Of a stretch of DNA of 64,000 nt, positions 50,519 through 64,000 are shown piece by piece. Location of the stretch: assembly GCA_973851085.1 (NCBI GenBank), contig OZ316776.1:9114001-9178000 (forward strand), in the 5' to 3' direction. This stretch comes from Ptychomitrium polyphyllum (taxonomy: Eukaryota). The first letter of the stretch is position 1, and the number at the start of each line of letters is the position of its first letter. The notes below the pieces were generated by a model that saw nothing but the letters and a program-made list of their open reading frames with translations, did not search any database and had not been told where the DNA came from. Both the position numbers and the translations under genes were made by a program.

Positions 50519-51738
50519 ATCCTGCAAGTGGGCTGCCCACTTGCATCCGATATTGCGGCGCATCAGTGCCCTGCAGATGATCTCCTGGCCATGGCGCCTG
50601 CTCCTGTGCCTTGCATCGCCGCCACTCACTTTTACCGGCCATCGCCTCTCCGCTGCTCACCACCACTTTTCTTATACCAAATTTATCCATGGCGTTGTTG
50701 ACGTCATCCAGTGCTCTGGTGTGCTTCTAGAGGGTGTCCGTTTGCGAGAGCATTCATGGGCTTCGAACCTAGCCAGGGAACACACGATTTCATAGGGGGG
50801 ACCCGGACTTAATGGGAAACTTGTAAGTTTTAACCGAACCATCTCTGCCGTATTGTCACACCTTGTTTTAGCAGTGCTACGGAAGTTTCTCTTTAAGCTT
50901 CCGTGAAGCTGCAAGCCTCTCGAAACTCAAAACAATTTTGACTATCTGCAGTCACATCTATCTATAGATCATGAGCCTGACAAGGCGTTTACACTTTGTT
51001 GCAGACAAACTGCACAGTTACCTACCTTTGGAATGAAAATGGGCCACTACAAACTGCACAATTAGAACACTACGTTTTGTTCCGTTATTGTTGTAAACTG
51101 TACAGTAGCAACTGCACAATAACGTGCTACGTAAACACCACTTCATATTTCATGAGAAGCCATCAATATGCTAAAGAACTCAGCGTTAAGAATGCCTTTT
51201 CATCCTCTCAATTGGGTGACTTCCCAGGTTTTGCATTTTCACATTATATCCTCTTTAGGAATTCAGGGTTCTTCTCTTTAGTGTGACATGTTTGGGAACA
51301 TAAAGGATGTTGTAGTACCAAGATGTTGTGCTGTGAACTGTATTTTTCAAAAATTCTCAAATGTTCCCATCAGTTCCCATGTGGATCTCAGTCACATATG
51401 AATGAAATATAATTTCCCTAATTCTAAACGAAATAATCATCAAATAAAATGCACCTACAATTACCTCTATATTACAACAGAATGGAGGTTTTAAATGTCA
51501 TATTGTTATGTATTGTAATTATAAAAGAACACTTGAGAAGTTCAACTTTACAAAAATGTATTTTTAAATTAAGATCGTTGTATTATCAAGTTTCATATTA
51601 TTGATGTTAGAGTGATGTACAATATTTTTTATACATATAATGGTCACTAGCCCATACCAATTTTGAAATACTATATAAATTCAAAATTATATATTAGATA
51701 TAAATGAAACATGTGATTTTGGATAATTTATCTCCTTC

Positions 51739-51772
<34 letters not shown>
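51739..51772. repeat. (GTT)n microsatellite
   Basis: About 11 units, seen directly. Confidence 0.95.
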
Positions 51773-54700
51773 AATCTTGCTTGAATTTGATGTTTACAAG
51801 ACACAATTGTGAGCATAGAAAGGACTAAATCTCCAATTACTTTTAAAAAAGATTTAGCTAGCTATTGACATTATTATTTTTTTCCTTTATACTTCATAGA
51901 TTTTTATTTGCAACCACTATTTCAATTCTTTACAAAATATTTCAAAATATGGCTTATTATAAAGACCTTAGCAAGAGCTTTTTAACAAAATAAAAAATAT
52001 TTGTTTAATTCCAAGTATTGAAATTACAATAAGCAGCCAAAACTATAGGTCAAACCTTAGTGCAAAAACAATGCAAATATTAAAAATACAACACAATATT
52101 GCTTTGCCTTTGATTTATTGAAATTTTTTTGTTTTTTTTTTTATCAAACTTTGTATGTGGTATTTTGCTAGAAAGCTATAGCAATACCACCTTTCTAAAG
52201 TACTTTTGCTTTGTGATTTAAAGTATTAAATTTGTAATGATTGAGTATCTGTCCAACTTTAGATTTTGGAAAAGTCACTTTTCAAATAACATGCTTTAAT
52301 TGACAAGAACTTTGGCAAAAATAATCATTATTGAATGCAAAGTTTAAAATGTATGTGATTTGAGTTCCAATAGCATCTTCAATGAATAATTTGACAAATG
52401 TTTGTAAATCTATTAAATGTTTTGACAATGATATTTTATTTGTCATGAATTTTTTTTATAATATAGCTAAAAATTTAATTTTATAAAATTCCTTTTCTAA
52501 AAAATTCTTAATTATTACAAATCAATATTATCTTATTATTTTATTCTTTGGAAGTAAAGATGTATTCATATAATAGAATATGATATTTGCTCTTAGAATT
52601 GATTTAATTTAATTTTTAAAATTCCTTTTAGAATTAATTTTGTTAAATTTAATTATTCTTAAGTTAATAATGGACATTAATATTTATAAATAAATCAACA
52701 AAATTAACTCAATTTAATATTAACAATTACTTTCTATACTCTTAGAAAATTATTAATATGAATAACCAAATTAAATAAAAGTTAAAAATAATGTCTTTAT
52801 ATTTTCAATAAATATGCCCAGTAAAAAATAAACCAGAATTACACAAATAATTACATTACAGAAATCTACAAAATCTTTACTTAATATACATTTCCAAATC
52901 TTAAAAACTAATAAGAAACCATAAGTAACAAAGAAGGAAAATAGATAATTATAAATAAAATTATTTTTTCTAATATTTGGCTTACAAACATTGTTTCCAT
53001 GTTAAAAGAAAAATATTTATAGGATGAATATGGCATATGGTTCCAACAAATTCACAACAATAACATTTTGCACTAATGCAATTTTGAAAAAGAAGATAGT
53101 GTATATATACATCATCTCCTCTCTTATGAACCTACTTCATTAAAATAAATATACTAAGTTCTTTTTATTGTTTGAGGCCTACAATCTATTATGTTTTAGG
53201 CTTACAATTTGTATGTAAGCACATGTAAAATTTTAGTTTTGGCATTCATCAAAAATCCTAGTTTTGCATTTCAAAGAATTTAGTTTTAACTTTTTATTTT
53301 AATAAAGATCTTAGATTTGGAATTGCACAAAGGTTTTAGTATTGCAAAATTTTAAGTTTTTGTTACCTATAGAAAAGATAAATATACTAACAATAAAATT
53401 GGCTTTTAGATTTTAGAACTTTTGATAATTTGGTAAATATTACAAAAATTAAAATTTTGGATACATATAGAGTGATGTGAATTTTAAAAGAAAGAAAGAT
53501 GGTTGTTGTTATTGCCTTATATATACAAGCATCATAGTTTTTAAAAGCCGTTTTTAGTAAAGTAAGCCATCTCAACATTAAAAAATTTATCACTGTTTAA
53601 AAATTTGCTAATATTTTTGAAATGCTTCTTTGTAATTGAAGCTATTAGGTTCCTTCTTAAGGCCTTCAAATTTTTTCAATAAGAAATGTAATGGTGACAA
53701 ATGATGCTTTGAATAATAGATTCTTTGGTATCAATATAAAAGTGTTATAATGATTTAAAACTTCACTTTCAAGTTTAGAAGCCAATTAAGATCTTTGAAA
53801 TGATATAGGTAGTTTTTCACATAGATTGCTAAATTTATATATAAAGACAAAGTCAAATCTAAATAGCCACATATTTTCCTTTGCATGAGAGCAATTTAAT
53901 ATGGTTGCATTCATAAAATATGCTTAGTTTTTGTGATATGTGTACATTATGGTGGCATTTTGTGCCTCTTCTAATACATCTAGTCATTTGTTAACAACAT
54001 CAACAATCGTACATTATGTGTCTCATAAATGATCTATGCTACCAAAAACAATTTAAGATAAAAGAAATTGAATGAAGTTCTTCAATTTTGTCATGTTTAG
54101 AAACTACAAAGGCTTCTGCAAAGTTTTAAGAATCTCCTTTTGAATACTAAGATTTTAATGCGTCCAAATAAATAAGGTTTAAAACTAATGAAAATGACTC
54201 ATTTAGGCCGTAACATGTTTATAAAGGCCTTTCCATCCAAAGATAATTTAATGATTTCTAATACAATCAATAAATGCAAATGGAGGACAAATGAGTTACA
54301 TTGCAAAATAATATTAAAGATGAAAAAACATAGTATTATGTTTATAATAACCAAAATAATTTCTCCAAGTGTTAATTGCCATACACCCAATCAATTATGT
54401 CCATATAAATAATAAATGGAAATTTTAAACATGGAGCAGGGAACAAATAAAAATACTAAAGCTTAGCAATCAGCAAGAGACTTGTCATCATACGACTCCA
54501 GAGAAATGATTCAATCCAATAACAACTGATTGACACCTTTTGGCATTCTAAAAAAAATTATATAAAAAATTCAAATACACTTCTACCATCAACAAAGCAA
54601 AGAAAATATACATTGCATAACTTTGGCTACGAATTCTTAAAGATTTGGCAACAAGAATCACAGCAACACAAATTGAAATTGAACGCTAACTTCCACCACA

Positions 54701-57002
54701 GCAGCCTCACTTCACTGAAACACCTTGACAAAAAAGTGCTAAAGAAAAGGCATCGAGTTCTATGGAAGAAAAGAGGGAAAGTTGCCAAAAACCCGTTGTG
54801 TTGGAAAGAACCCAAACAACACACTTGATAGTTGCACTTCTCACCCAAAAATTAGCTCCTTGAGATCAAACAAGTTGGTGGTGAAGGAATGATTGACTTC
54901 TTATTGTGCACCTTGGTAACCATAAAGATTACTCCATACATAAAAGCAACTACAATTAGAATGGGAGTTAATATTTCAGCTGAAAAGGTACAACGTAATG
55001 AGAAATTTGTTTATATATATATATGTATATATATAATCATCCAAGATAGAGATTTGCAATTGCACATTTTACATTGCTAGGTTTAAAAACTTCAAGTTTG
55101 ATTGCCAAGTACTTCTTACAAACTATATTTCACAAACTGAAAAAACCGTACATAGGAAGGCAAAACAGTTTAATTGAAACTTGCTACACATCCACAAACA
55201 AACGAATACATTGATGCCAGTGTCCAATAAATGAAAATCTCACGTAATATAAACTACATACACTTGATGCAATCCAAATACTCAACTTGGAAAAATCACA
55301 GAGCAAGCACAAACAAACCACTTACAACAATGCTGCATGTCCAGCCTTCTACAATACTCAGACAATTTCATGATAATACAAAAAGAGAGTCTACTCTAAT
55401 AAAAACAATTGTAAGGCACTTCAAAACAAGAAATTGAACAGTTTGCACGCTTCCTAAAAACGAGAGCAAATTATGACTCCTTGAATGCAAATTTCTGCAC
55501 TTTACAAGTTGAGTGTTTTCATCCTTAATAAGAATGCCATGTTAGCTATGTGTGTACCACATAGAAGAGGGATGTAAGATGTTCAAAAGATCTTTGAAAT
55601 GAAAAGAATGCAAAATGACATTATGGCGCCATGCAATTTTGATGGAGTCTTTTGCAAATTCATTTTTTTTTAACATACTGTTAAACCCGATGGTAAGCAC
55701 AAAGGCTGTGTTTCCCTGGAGCAGTTGGAATAAAATTAAAGAATTAAGTAAAACTCTCTCTTTGAGATATCAAAACATGCAATAATGGGTACTAATGCCT
55801 ATGAGAGCAGCCAAAGAGATGTTCTCAGAAGGAAATCCACGACTGTTCCATTGGTCCTCCATTGATAATACAAAATCCAAATTGGACATCCTTGAAGTTA
55901 CTCCCTCCAATCCTCCAAATTCCCAGCTAAGCCTCCCAAAGAGACTCGGGAGAAATTTCTTTCCTTGCAATCTAGCACACATTCTTGTTGTTGCACAATT
56001 TCAGAATCCATCCTTGAAGTCACCAGCCCAATTTATGATTGGATTCATTTTAGCAAGCCTAGTGTTTCACTTTTCTGTGCCTCCTCTCCCTCACCATTCC
56101 ACGTTCTACCTTGTAGCCCCTGCCAAAACTCAACAAGTTTTCTCCCTCCTCTTCATTGGCCCTTCACCTTGCCCAAATTGACTCTTCAGTATAAAAGAAA
56201 TCTATTTAAAACAGGATTCTTTTCTTACCTCGACGACCAACGAAAAATAAACCAAAAAAGAAAAAAGTGCTCCATCAAAGCCCACGCATTCCCCAACCTT
56301 CACAAAAAATCAGTAGGAATTTCAAAAAATCACACTCAAAAAATGACATTGTAGGATCTTAAAATTGTGGAAACCTTCTTATGGGCGTATATCTTTTAGG
56401 AGTCAATACTCATATGAGGCAAGGTATTCCACAAGTGCCAACATGCATCATCTATTAAAATGCCCATATATGATATTTTCCAAATATGAGATGGGATTGA
56501 AACTTGATTTATGTGACTTATGAAGCGGTAGTAAAAAAACTTTAGCTCAATTAGATGAGTCTTTGATACAAAATATGTAGTAGAAATAGACTTAATGTAT
56601 GGAGGTGATGGAAGAGGATTATAATGACTATGCACACATCACATGACTATGCAAGAAAAATTCCATATATTGATTAACAAAGTACACTTCAAAAGTATTA
56701 AAGGTGGGTGTGACATGGTGAGTGTTTTTCCTTGGCATCCACTGCACTAAAGTGGCTTATGCACAAAAAACTTAATTAATTAATTGGTTAATGGAGGATG
56801 GAGGTGTGATATGACAAACAAAATAATGTAATGAGTGCATCATCTGAAAGTGTATATAAATTCCATACTATTTGTTTGTACAGTTTGCAAAATTTATAGA
56901 TTATATAACATGAAATTATCACTCATTATTATGGAGAGTCATAGATTGTGTGAGAATCATCAAGAATTTATGCAATTGCAAAACGTCCAAAAATCACCAC
57001 AC

Positions 57003-57288
57003 TTGGAGTATCACATCTCAAACCCATCACAACAAACTTTATTCAAGAATTGTCGACATTTTGTTTGTGATTAGTTTTCGGAAAAACTTCAAATGTAAAG
57101 ATGTGGACTTTGTACAATACTGGTGGTGATATAAGCATTGGACCTATGTGTGATATAAACTGCAATTCAAACTCTACAACTTTTGTACGCACACCAATTC
57201 CAAACGATTCATGAAAGTAGTGTTAAATAGTGGTATTTTGTGACGGATCTTTGTAAGTTTTCAAAACATGAAATGTCAAGGATTCTTT
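57003..57288. repeat. Dispersed ~285-bp repeat, copy 2
   Basis: Aligns with 47525-47808. Confidence 0.9.
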
Positions 57289-57803
57289 AAGGATTAATTA
57301 GTAAATTAATCAACACTATGCACACATTACACAACTTTAGGTAGAATATCATTGGTGTTCACATCCCACATCTAGTGGTGCTTATGGAAGTTTTATTCTA
57401 GCATCTTTTGATAGTTTCCAACTCCTTCAATTTTTATTGGGAGGTTATAACTCAATTTACAACTACCTTTGAACTTTAGCATCTCTAATTGAAAAATTAA
57501 ATAGTTGTCAAAAAATCCACAAAAAGGAATAGTTACAATTGGCAACAATGGCCAATTCACCTCATTCAATAATCAAATATGATTTTATTTTTTATCAAAA
57601 TTGCTTGTACATTACAATGACTGCAATAAAAAGCACATTTATTGCCTTCCAAAATGTGCCAAATCATCATGTTCAACCTTAAGTCTTGGAAAAGCATACA
57701 TCATCATTAAAAAATTTCAAGGATATATTATGATCTCATTCTACCTTCTTTTTAATTTGTCTTATACTCTAGAATCTAGAATTCAGATTGCAAAAAATCT
57801 AAT

Positions 57804-57951
57804 ATTGAATAAGTCAACAAAACTCCAACCGTTCAGAATTTAGTCTTTCTCAACTATTTCCTATTTTTCATGATGTGGATTGAATAAGTCAACAAAACTC
57901 CAACCGTTCAGAATTTAGTCTTTCTCAACTATTTCCTATTTTTCATGATGT
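57804..57951. repeat. Tandem duplication with 75-bp period
   Basis: attgaataagtcaacaaaactccaaccg...catgatgt at 57804-57876 and 57879-57951, identical. Confidence 0.95.
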
Positions 57952-59146
57952 ATCCACATGGATGCTTTTATTCTTCTGTTTCAGATGTTCTCGTTCTGGG
58001 CTCATCCGTGTCATTCAAATTCGAAAAAAGCAAAACAAATAAAAGCATTTCAGAAGACCTTCTGTATAGACATGAAAATTAATAGCTTCGCCAACTGGAA
58101 AATAATTTAAGCATCTTCGCCTTCGATTTCGTATAAGCTTCAATTTTTCGAAAAGAACGCTCAAAAACATGAAAAATGAGGTGGTGAAAATGAGGCTAAA
58201 TAATGAAACGAAAATGGGGTCGCCTTCGAGAGTTACAATCTCTTCTCCAAAAATCATACCACTCGGTATCCAAAGCAAAATTAGTCCCATTCAAAATAGA
58301 TGCTGCAGTTTAAAAAATCCAGTATATTTGAATCACATCACAAAATAAGTCTGGTCAAGCAATTCAATCCTACAGAGATGCAAGCAAGACGATTGTTGCA
58401 ATAAGATGAAATGCCTCGACGCAACTCCCATCCATCTCTTTGTTCTCAAAAGTATGGTATATCATGCTGCTCAAAGATACCCAAAACAGACGAGTTGCTC
58501 ACCAGTGCCCAAGTACAATTCTCAAAAATCGTAGTCGAAAAAGCTGAAGACTGCAAGCTAAGATTAATAGGTACACAATAATCATAATAATAATGATATA
58601 AATCTCCACCTCACTACCAAACGAGGAACACGAACATCACAACATCAGGAAAGGCCAGACCAATACTGAACCACATACAGTCCAATACAACACGCAGCAA
58701 CTTCAAACCCATCCATCTAGCACGTCCTCTCCGTAAATAAATAGAAGATACGACCACACCCCCCGCTAACAGACAATCCGAGAGAATTGAACTCTCTCTT
58801 CCACCGCGTCGGAACACACCAACACAGGGTCCCGACTCCCAGCCCGTCCAAATAGCCAACCATGACCCACCCATTGCATTCACGACTTTACAGGCGAACG
58901 AACACCCACGCCCCAAACAAAGTCCAGTCACTTCTTAGAAAGAATAGCTCCCTTGTCATCGGATTAAGGGCTGGCGGAATGTACTCATTCGACAAGTATT
59001 TACAGCAAGTAGGGTCTAATAGATGCTTTCCAAGATGCATGCGACACACGGCAAGGTCGGTCACACAGATATCAGAGACGAGCGGGGCCCATGTGACACC
59101 ACCCTTCCATACAACTCTTCTGACGCTTTGTTATCAACCAACATTA

Positions 59147-62100
59147 CTAGGCGACAGTGTTTACAGAAGTGTTCACAGCCAGCAGCTTGCCCCTGCCCGT
59201 GGAAAACCCTCGGGTCCCATCGGGCATCCGCGGTCCTGGCGGTGGCTTTCCTACCGTCTCAGAGAGTAGGTACAGCGAGTTCTGCGGAGGGGTGCCCGAG
59301 TGTGTGTGGTGGTGCAGACCACGACCCCTGCCGCCACCTGTTCTACCGCCCCGCCCTCGACCTCTGCCCTTCTTGCCCATCGCATCTCCCGCCTCGCCTC
59401 CCTGTCGCCAGCCGCCCACACTAAGCACGTCAGAGAACGATTCAAACCCATCACACCCCAGGAGAAAACATCCGATCAGGCCTCCATCGCCCTCTCTCCC
59501 GCACTCCACACCGCAGCATCCATACCCTCCAGCGACAACGTCCACTCCAACTATCGCCATCATCAACTACCAGAACCCGCCCACAAACGTCCGCTCGTAT
59601 ATCAAGCCGCTTACAAAGCTTGTCTCCAGCAACATGGACCCACAAAGCTGCCTAGAACCCCGTAACCATCCACAAACACACTCGACCTGACAGATGCGGT
59701 ACACACAGCATGCTCGGCACCGCACCGTCGCGTGCATCAACCACAGTCCACCTCAAACACATCCCGCTTACCATAACATCATCGCCACGATCCGCCTGAT
59801 GCTGCGAGCCTGAAAACTCCTCGCCACCCCTGTCGTGACCCTTGTCCCCGTTCTTCTCCGGCATGCCCTCTTCCTCGTCCATCGCCAGGTCACCATCTGT
59901 ACTCGGCTTGCGCGCTCGCTGATGGGGAGCCTGCTGGTAACTGTGCTTGCTCTGAAACGCCTAACACAAACATAGGTCAGAGTCCTGCGCACCTCCACCT
60001 TCCGCTATATATCCCAACCAAACATGCATACCGCATCCCCGTCCTCACATACACTTCTCGCTCGTGCTTCGCACGTGCACCACTGTCTACAGAAAGCCAT
60101 CAGTCTACGGTATCCATGACAGCTCGGCACAAACCAAAAACCGCCCAACACGATAGAGCTATGTGAATATCTACCTGACGCCTCAACAGCAAACGCACAC
60201 GTAATCCACTCCTCCAGTTCCGCTCATCCGTCAGCTCTGCCACCTGAAACAACAACAATACCCACTCATCACCACCACAGGTACCAACGCTACCTCGACT
60301 AAAAACATCCCCATCGGACCAACATCGACATTTCCAGTCGCGAGCTCCAACACGTGCTCAGACTGCCGGCACCCCCTCACAACGCTCCACTCACTCAAAG
60401 TCTGCCGCCTTCCAGCCTCCACCGAGAACGTGCGCCACTTCCGTACAGATCAAGAAAAACCCACCCACACTGATTTGCGACACTGTAGAACGAACAACGA
60501 AAGGGTAGAAAGACTCACAGCTTTCTCTGCCAGCTCCACAGACTCGTACTCCACCAGGGCATGCAACTGCAACACCACCTCAAACCATCAGCTCCCAACC
60601 ATCCACCCTCACTCTACCCCCTCCACCCCACCGCATGCACGCCCCAAACCCCGACTGCATCTCACACGAACCACAGCGAACCATCCCCCTCACCTTATTG
60701 CTGATCACCATGTCAGTTTTCGGGTGCTTTGCTGCAGTCGAGTTAGCCCCGTTCGCAGCCTCTGGAGAACAGATGCGGACCATCTTCACTGAGCCCACCT
60801 TCCCAAACAGCTGCTCCATGCTCTCGACCGAATGTTCCTCCGGAAGGTTCTCAGCTACCACCGTGCGGGACTGCACAAACACCGTGCCGCAAGACACAAC
60901 ATCAGCACACGCACAGCCCGACCCATAGTCATCGAAATACACATAAAAACGTCCGAACCTCACGGAAAATCAACCACTGCAAGGCCAAAAAACTATAATC
61001 GCCCCGAAAAGAAAACCCCCAAGCGCGGATCGGCATGTACAACCAAGACATAACCACCCCATCATGCCTACGTGAACCAACAGTTCCATCACACTTCCAA
61101 AGACGCTCCACCAACGACCCAACAAACCCAGAGTACCAACCGCGGAACACACCTGCACTTCCTCGAGATCCACGTCCGGAAGTGGCTGAGCTCGCCTCAC
61201 CTTCTTCCCGTCCTCACTCACGACCTGTCGCACACCAAAAAAAAAACCATCTTGCGTTACACACCAGGTGTCACACTGCTACCAACCACCACATAAAATG
61301 GTCTCGTACTAAACTACCTCCACACAAAGCAGCTTTCCACGTCCCTCCATAATACCGGCCCCACTTCCACCAACACACTCCGCTATCCCAAAACACCGCC
61401 CTAAGCTGGCAGGGCCAGATCCCGCAATTGGCAAGCACATGCCCTCTGCTCGCCAATATCCTCCGCGAGATCATTCCTCCCAATCCAAGCAGTACAATCC
61501 CGGCATAAAGAGACCACTCACCAGCTGTGCCGAGTTTCGCAAAGCGGCCGCCACAACTCCGTGGTTCTTCACGAGGTGCTTGATCTTCCTGAACGACGCT
61601 ACCACGGGAATGGGGACTGCAAGCCAACGGATCACCTCGTCAGTACCGCACTCACCCCACATGGCCGGGACCACCCAGCCAACGGCGACTCCCACCGCGA
61701 AACATCACTGTGCACAGCCCACACACGCTCACATCAATGCACTCGGACCTCACTCGTGTCACATCTCACGGGTACGTGCCACATACCAAAGCCCTCCGGA
61801 TCCTTCTTCACAAACTTCATGAGGTAATTGTCGGTCGGCAGGTTGGTATCGCTGAAATAGAACTCCACCTGCACACCGCCACGGACCCGTCAGTGCTCCA
61901 CCAACATACCACGCCCCACCGCTCCACCCCATCGACCAAACCAACCACCGCCATCAGCTCACACCGCTCGAAGCCCGTCTGTCCCGGTAACTCCCATCAA
62001 CGTGCAGCGTCCCCCAACCCAGAAAAGCCCACAACAGTCACGACAGCCTCTCCCAAATCACTGCAACATCCCCACCACGCCTCTCCCAGGATATGCACAG

Positions 62101-62911
62101 GGACCACAAACCAGTTGCCTACCTGGACCGTCCCATTTCCACAAAGAACTCCCGTAGGCCATCCCCAAACCCTAATGAATCTCCTAGCCTCGGCCCAGCA
62201 AAACAGCACAGGTGAACAATGCACGGGAACTGCGTCTACACCTCCCAGCATCGCCCCACGTATCTGCAACCCCCAGCATCCACCCAACTGCCACACGCTA
62301 AGCCTTCCCAACAACCCTAAACACAAAATCCGATGAACACGTCCCCCCGGAAACCACTCGTCACTCAGACACGGATCACCACAACCCGCACAGGCTCTCC
62401 ACACTCCCCTCGTCACTGCCACCCCAGAATTCCCACGAACCGACTCCCACACCACCTCAATTCACCCCAGGGCACACACCTGCTTCACAATCTTCGCCTT
62501 CAGCTCCTCCGTGACCACGGGTTTGCCGGGCTGCGCCGCCGTCGCTGTAGGCTCGCCCTCCCCGCCATGATCCGACGCTGCCAACACCTCCGCCCCATCC
62601 GTCCCCTCCTTCGCCGACCCCCTGTCAAAGCCGGGTGGCGACTCTGAAATATGCTCCTCCGCTGCCGGGACGAAAACCTCCGGAGGCGCCGGTGCTTCCG
62701 TCGCGCGCGGCGGAGGAATTATCACAGGAATCACTGACGACGGAGCCTGGACCAGAGCCGGGGGACTGAACCCTAATCCTGGAGCACGCCCCGGCAGAGA
62801 AGTAGAACACGCTATCTGCAAGCCCTTCGGAACGAACGCCGGTGCACCTGCATTCAACCTCGAGCCCGACAGAGAACGGCTCAGAAGCTGCACCTTCCTC
62901 TCCTCTCCACC
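59147..62911 (-). CDS. LARP6: La-related protein 6 (PAM2 + La motif + RRM + SUZ-C/LSA); start exon unresolved or outside the window
   Basis: Exons 62911-62480, 61868-61787, 61616-61522, 61224-61153, 60870-60694, 60566-60519, 60243-60175, 59951-59772 and 59401-59147, all frame-consistent. Motifs SRLNAGAPAFVP, KIVKQVEFYFSDTNL, VVSEDGKKVRR, RTVVAENLP, LHALVEYE, ERNWRSGLRVRLL, PPGPRMPDGTRGF. A candidate upstream exon ends at 63936 (CAG|GTATG) and is open to the window edge. Confidence 0.92.
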
Positions 62912-64000
62912 CTGCTTCACACAGATCCACCCGTCAGCACGGAGCGTCTTCTGCGCATCAAATTTTCACTCGACTCAAATTTCACAACCGGTCCACAAGG
63001 CCGCGGCGACCTCAGACGTGCAGCCGAGATGGCCAGGGAAACAAACAACAACTGCCAAAAGCCCGCCAGATCGCCTTGCTGCCGCAATGCGACTGCAATC
63101 ACAAAAACTACACGGCACGTTCTCCTATCCCACGGTTCTACTGCCCATTCGCGTGCTGCCCTGGGCTTAGCGACACCACTCGCCGCAGAAGCACGCACCC
63201 CTAGCCAACACTCAATTCCGCATCCTACGTAATCAGACATCCGTCGGACACCCAGACTCCCGCAAGGTCGAATGCGCCGTGCTGCTCTTGGCCTAGGGCG
63301 CAAGACGGATCGAGGCCCCACGCAAACCAGGTCAGAATCCCTCCGATGCCGACCTGACCGACCGGAGTAACCGCACCACCGAGGCCGACAGGTGAGATGC
63401 AGCAAATGGCGAGAGATGCGTGAGTAATTCGCCATCAAGAAGAACAGGATGCCCCGAACCACTCCGCACAATAGGTGGAACAAATCGATTCCGTTTCAAA
63501 TGCCAATAACGACGCCTATCCGACGAGAATTGCAGCAGAACCAGATGCATTGTACCAGCTGCTCCTCCCCCGTCCACATACTCATCCGCACGCTCTCTCC
63601 CTCTCTCGGGAGCAACTAACAATCATAGCAGTAACGGGTGCTTGGACACAGAGAGATCGGCTGCGGCATCGTCCAGCCCCGGCACACACGGCGTACCTGC
63701 CGTCGTGCAAATCAGGTCAGACCGGAACAAACGTACGCAGCCAGCGCCGCGAGCGAGGGCAGCCGTACGACCACCGCAATTGCAACCCTAAGTTGCGCGA
63801 CCAGGTTCAGCGCAATCGCGCCGGCCATCCCCCAATCGCTGCACGAGAGCGATGAGCCCGGGCAGATTCGGCTCCCGAGGTGACGGATCAGACCGTGAAC
63901 GCAGGACATGCGCGAGAGAGAAAACCGTGACATACCTGCGAAGGCAGAACAGGGAGAGCGGACGACGGCGCCGACGACGTGGAGGATGTGCGGCGGTGGT

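Overview
Eukaryotic plant DNA, most consistent with a moss: GC-rich spliced genes separated by very AT-rich decayed repeats, with two N gaps. Five intron-containing host genes reconstruct with canonical GT-AG junctions: a YIP4/YIPF6-type Yip1 protein (+), plastid class I fructose-bisphosphate aldolase (+), PUR-alpha (-), a TIR-NB-ARC-like-TPR (TNP) protein (-) and LARP6 (-, 5' end unresolved). There is also a decayed NB-LRR pseudogene. Positions ~20-41 kb are a retrotransposon stack. A minus-strand Tcn1-like chromovirus hosts three solo LTRs and one LTR-bounded element, each with a readable 5-bp TSD; that element encloses a gag-pol oriented opposite to its LTRs. The most notable signal is largely invisible in the ORF track: a heavily mutated minus-strand Gypsy fossil at ~35.5-41 kb whose polyprotein reads Gag (Zn knuckles), aspartic protease, C5 cytosine DNA methyltransferase, reverse transcriptase. 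All family assignments come from manual motif reading; no searches were run.
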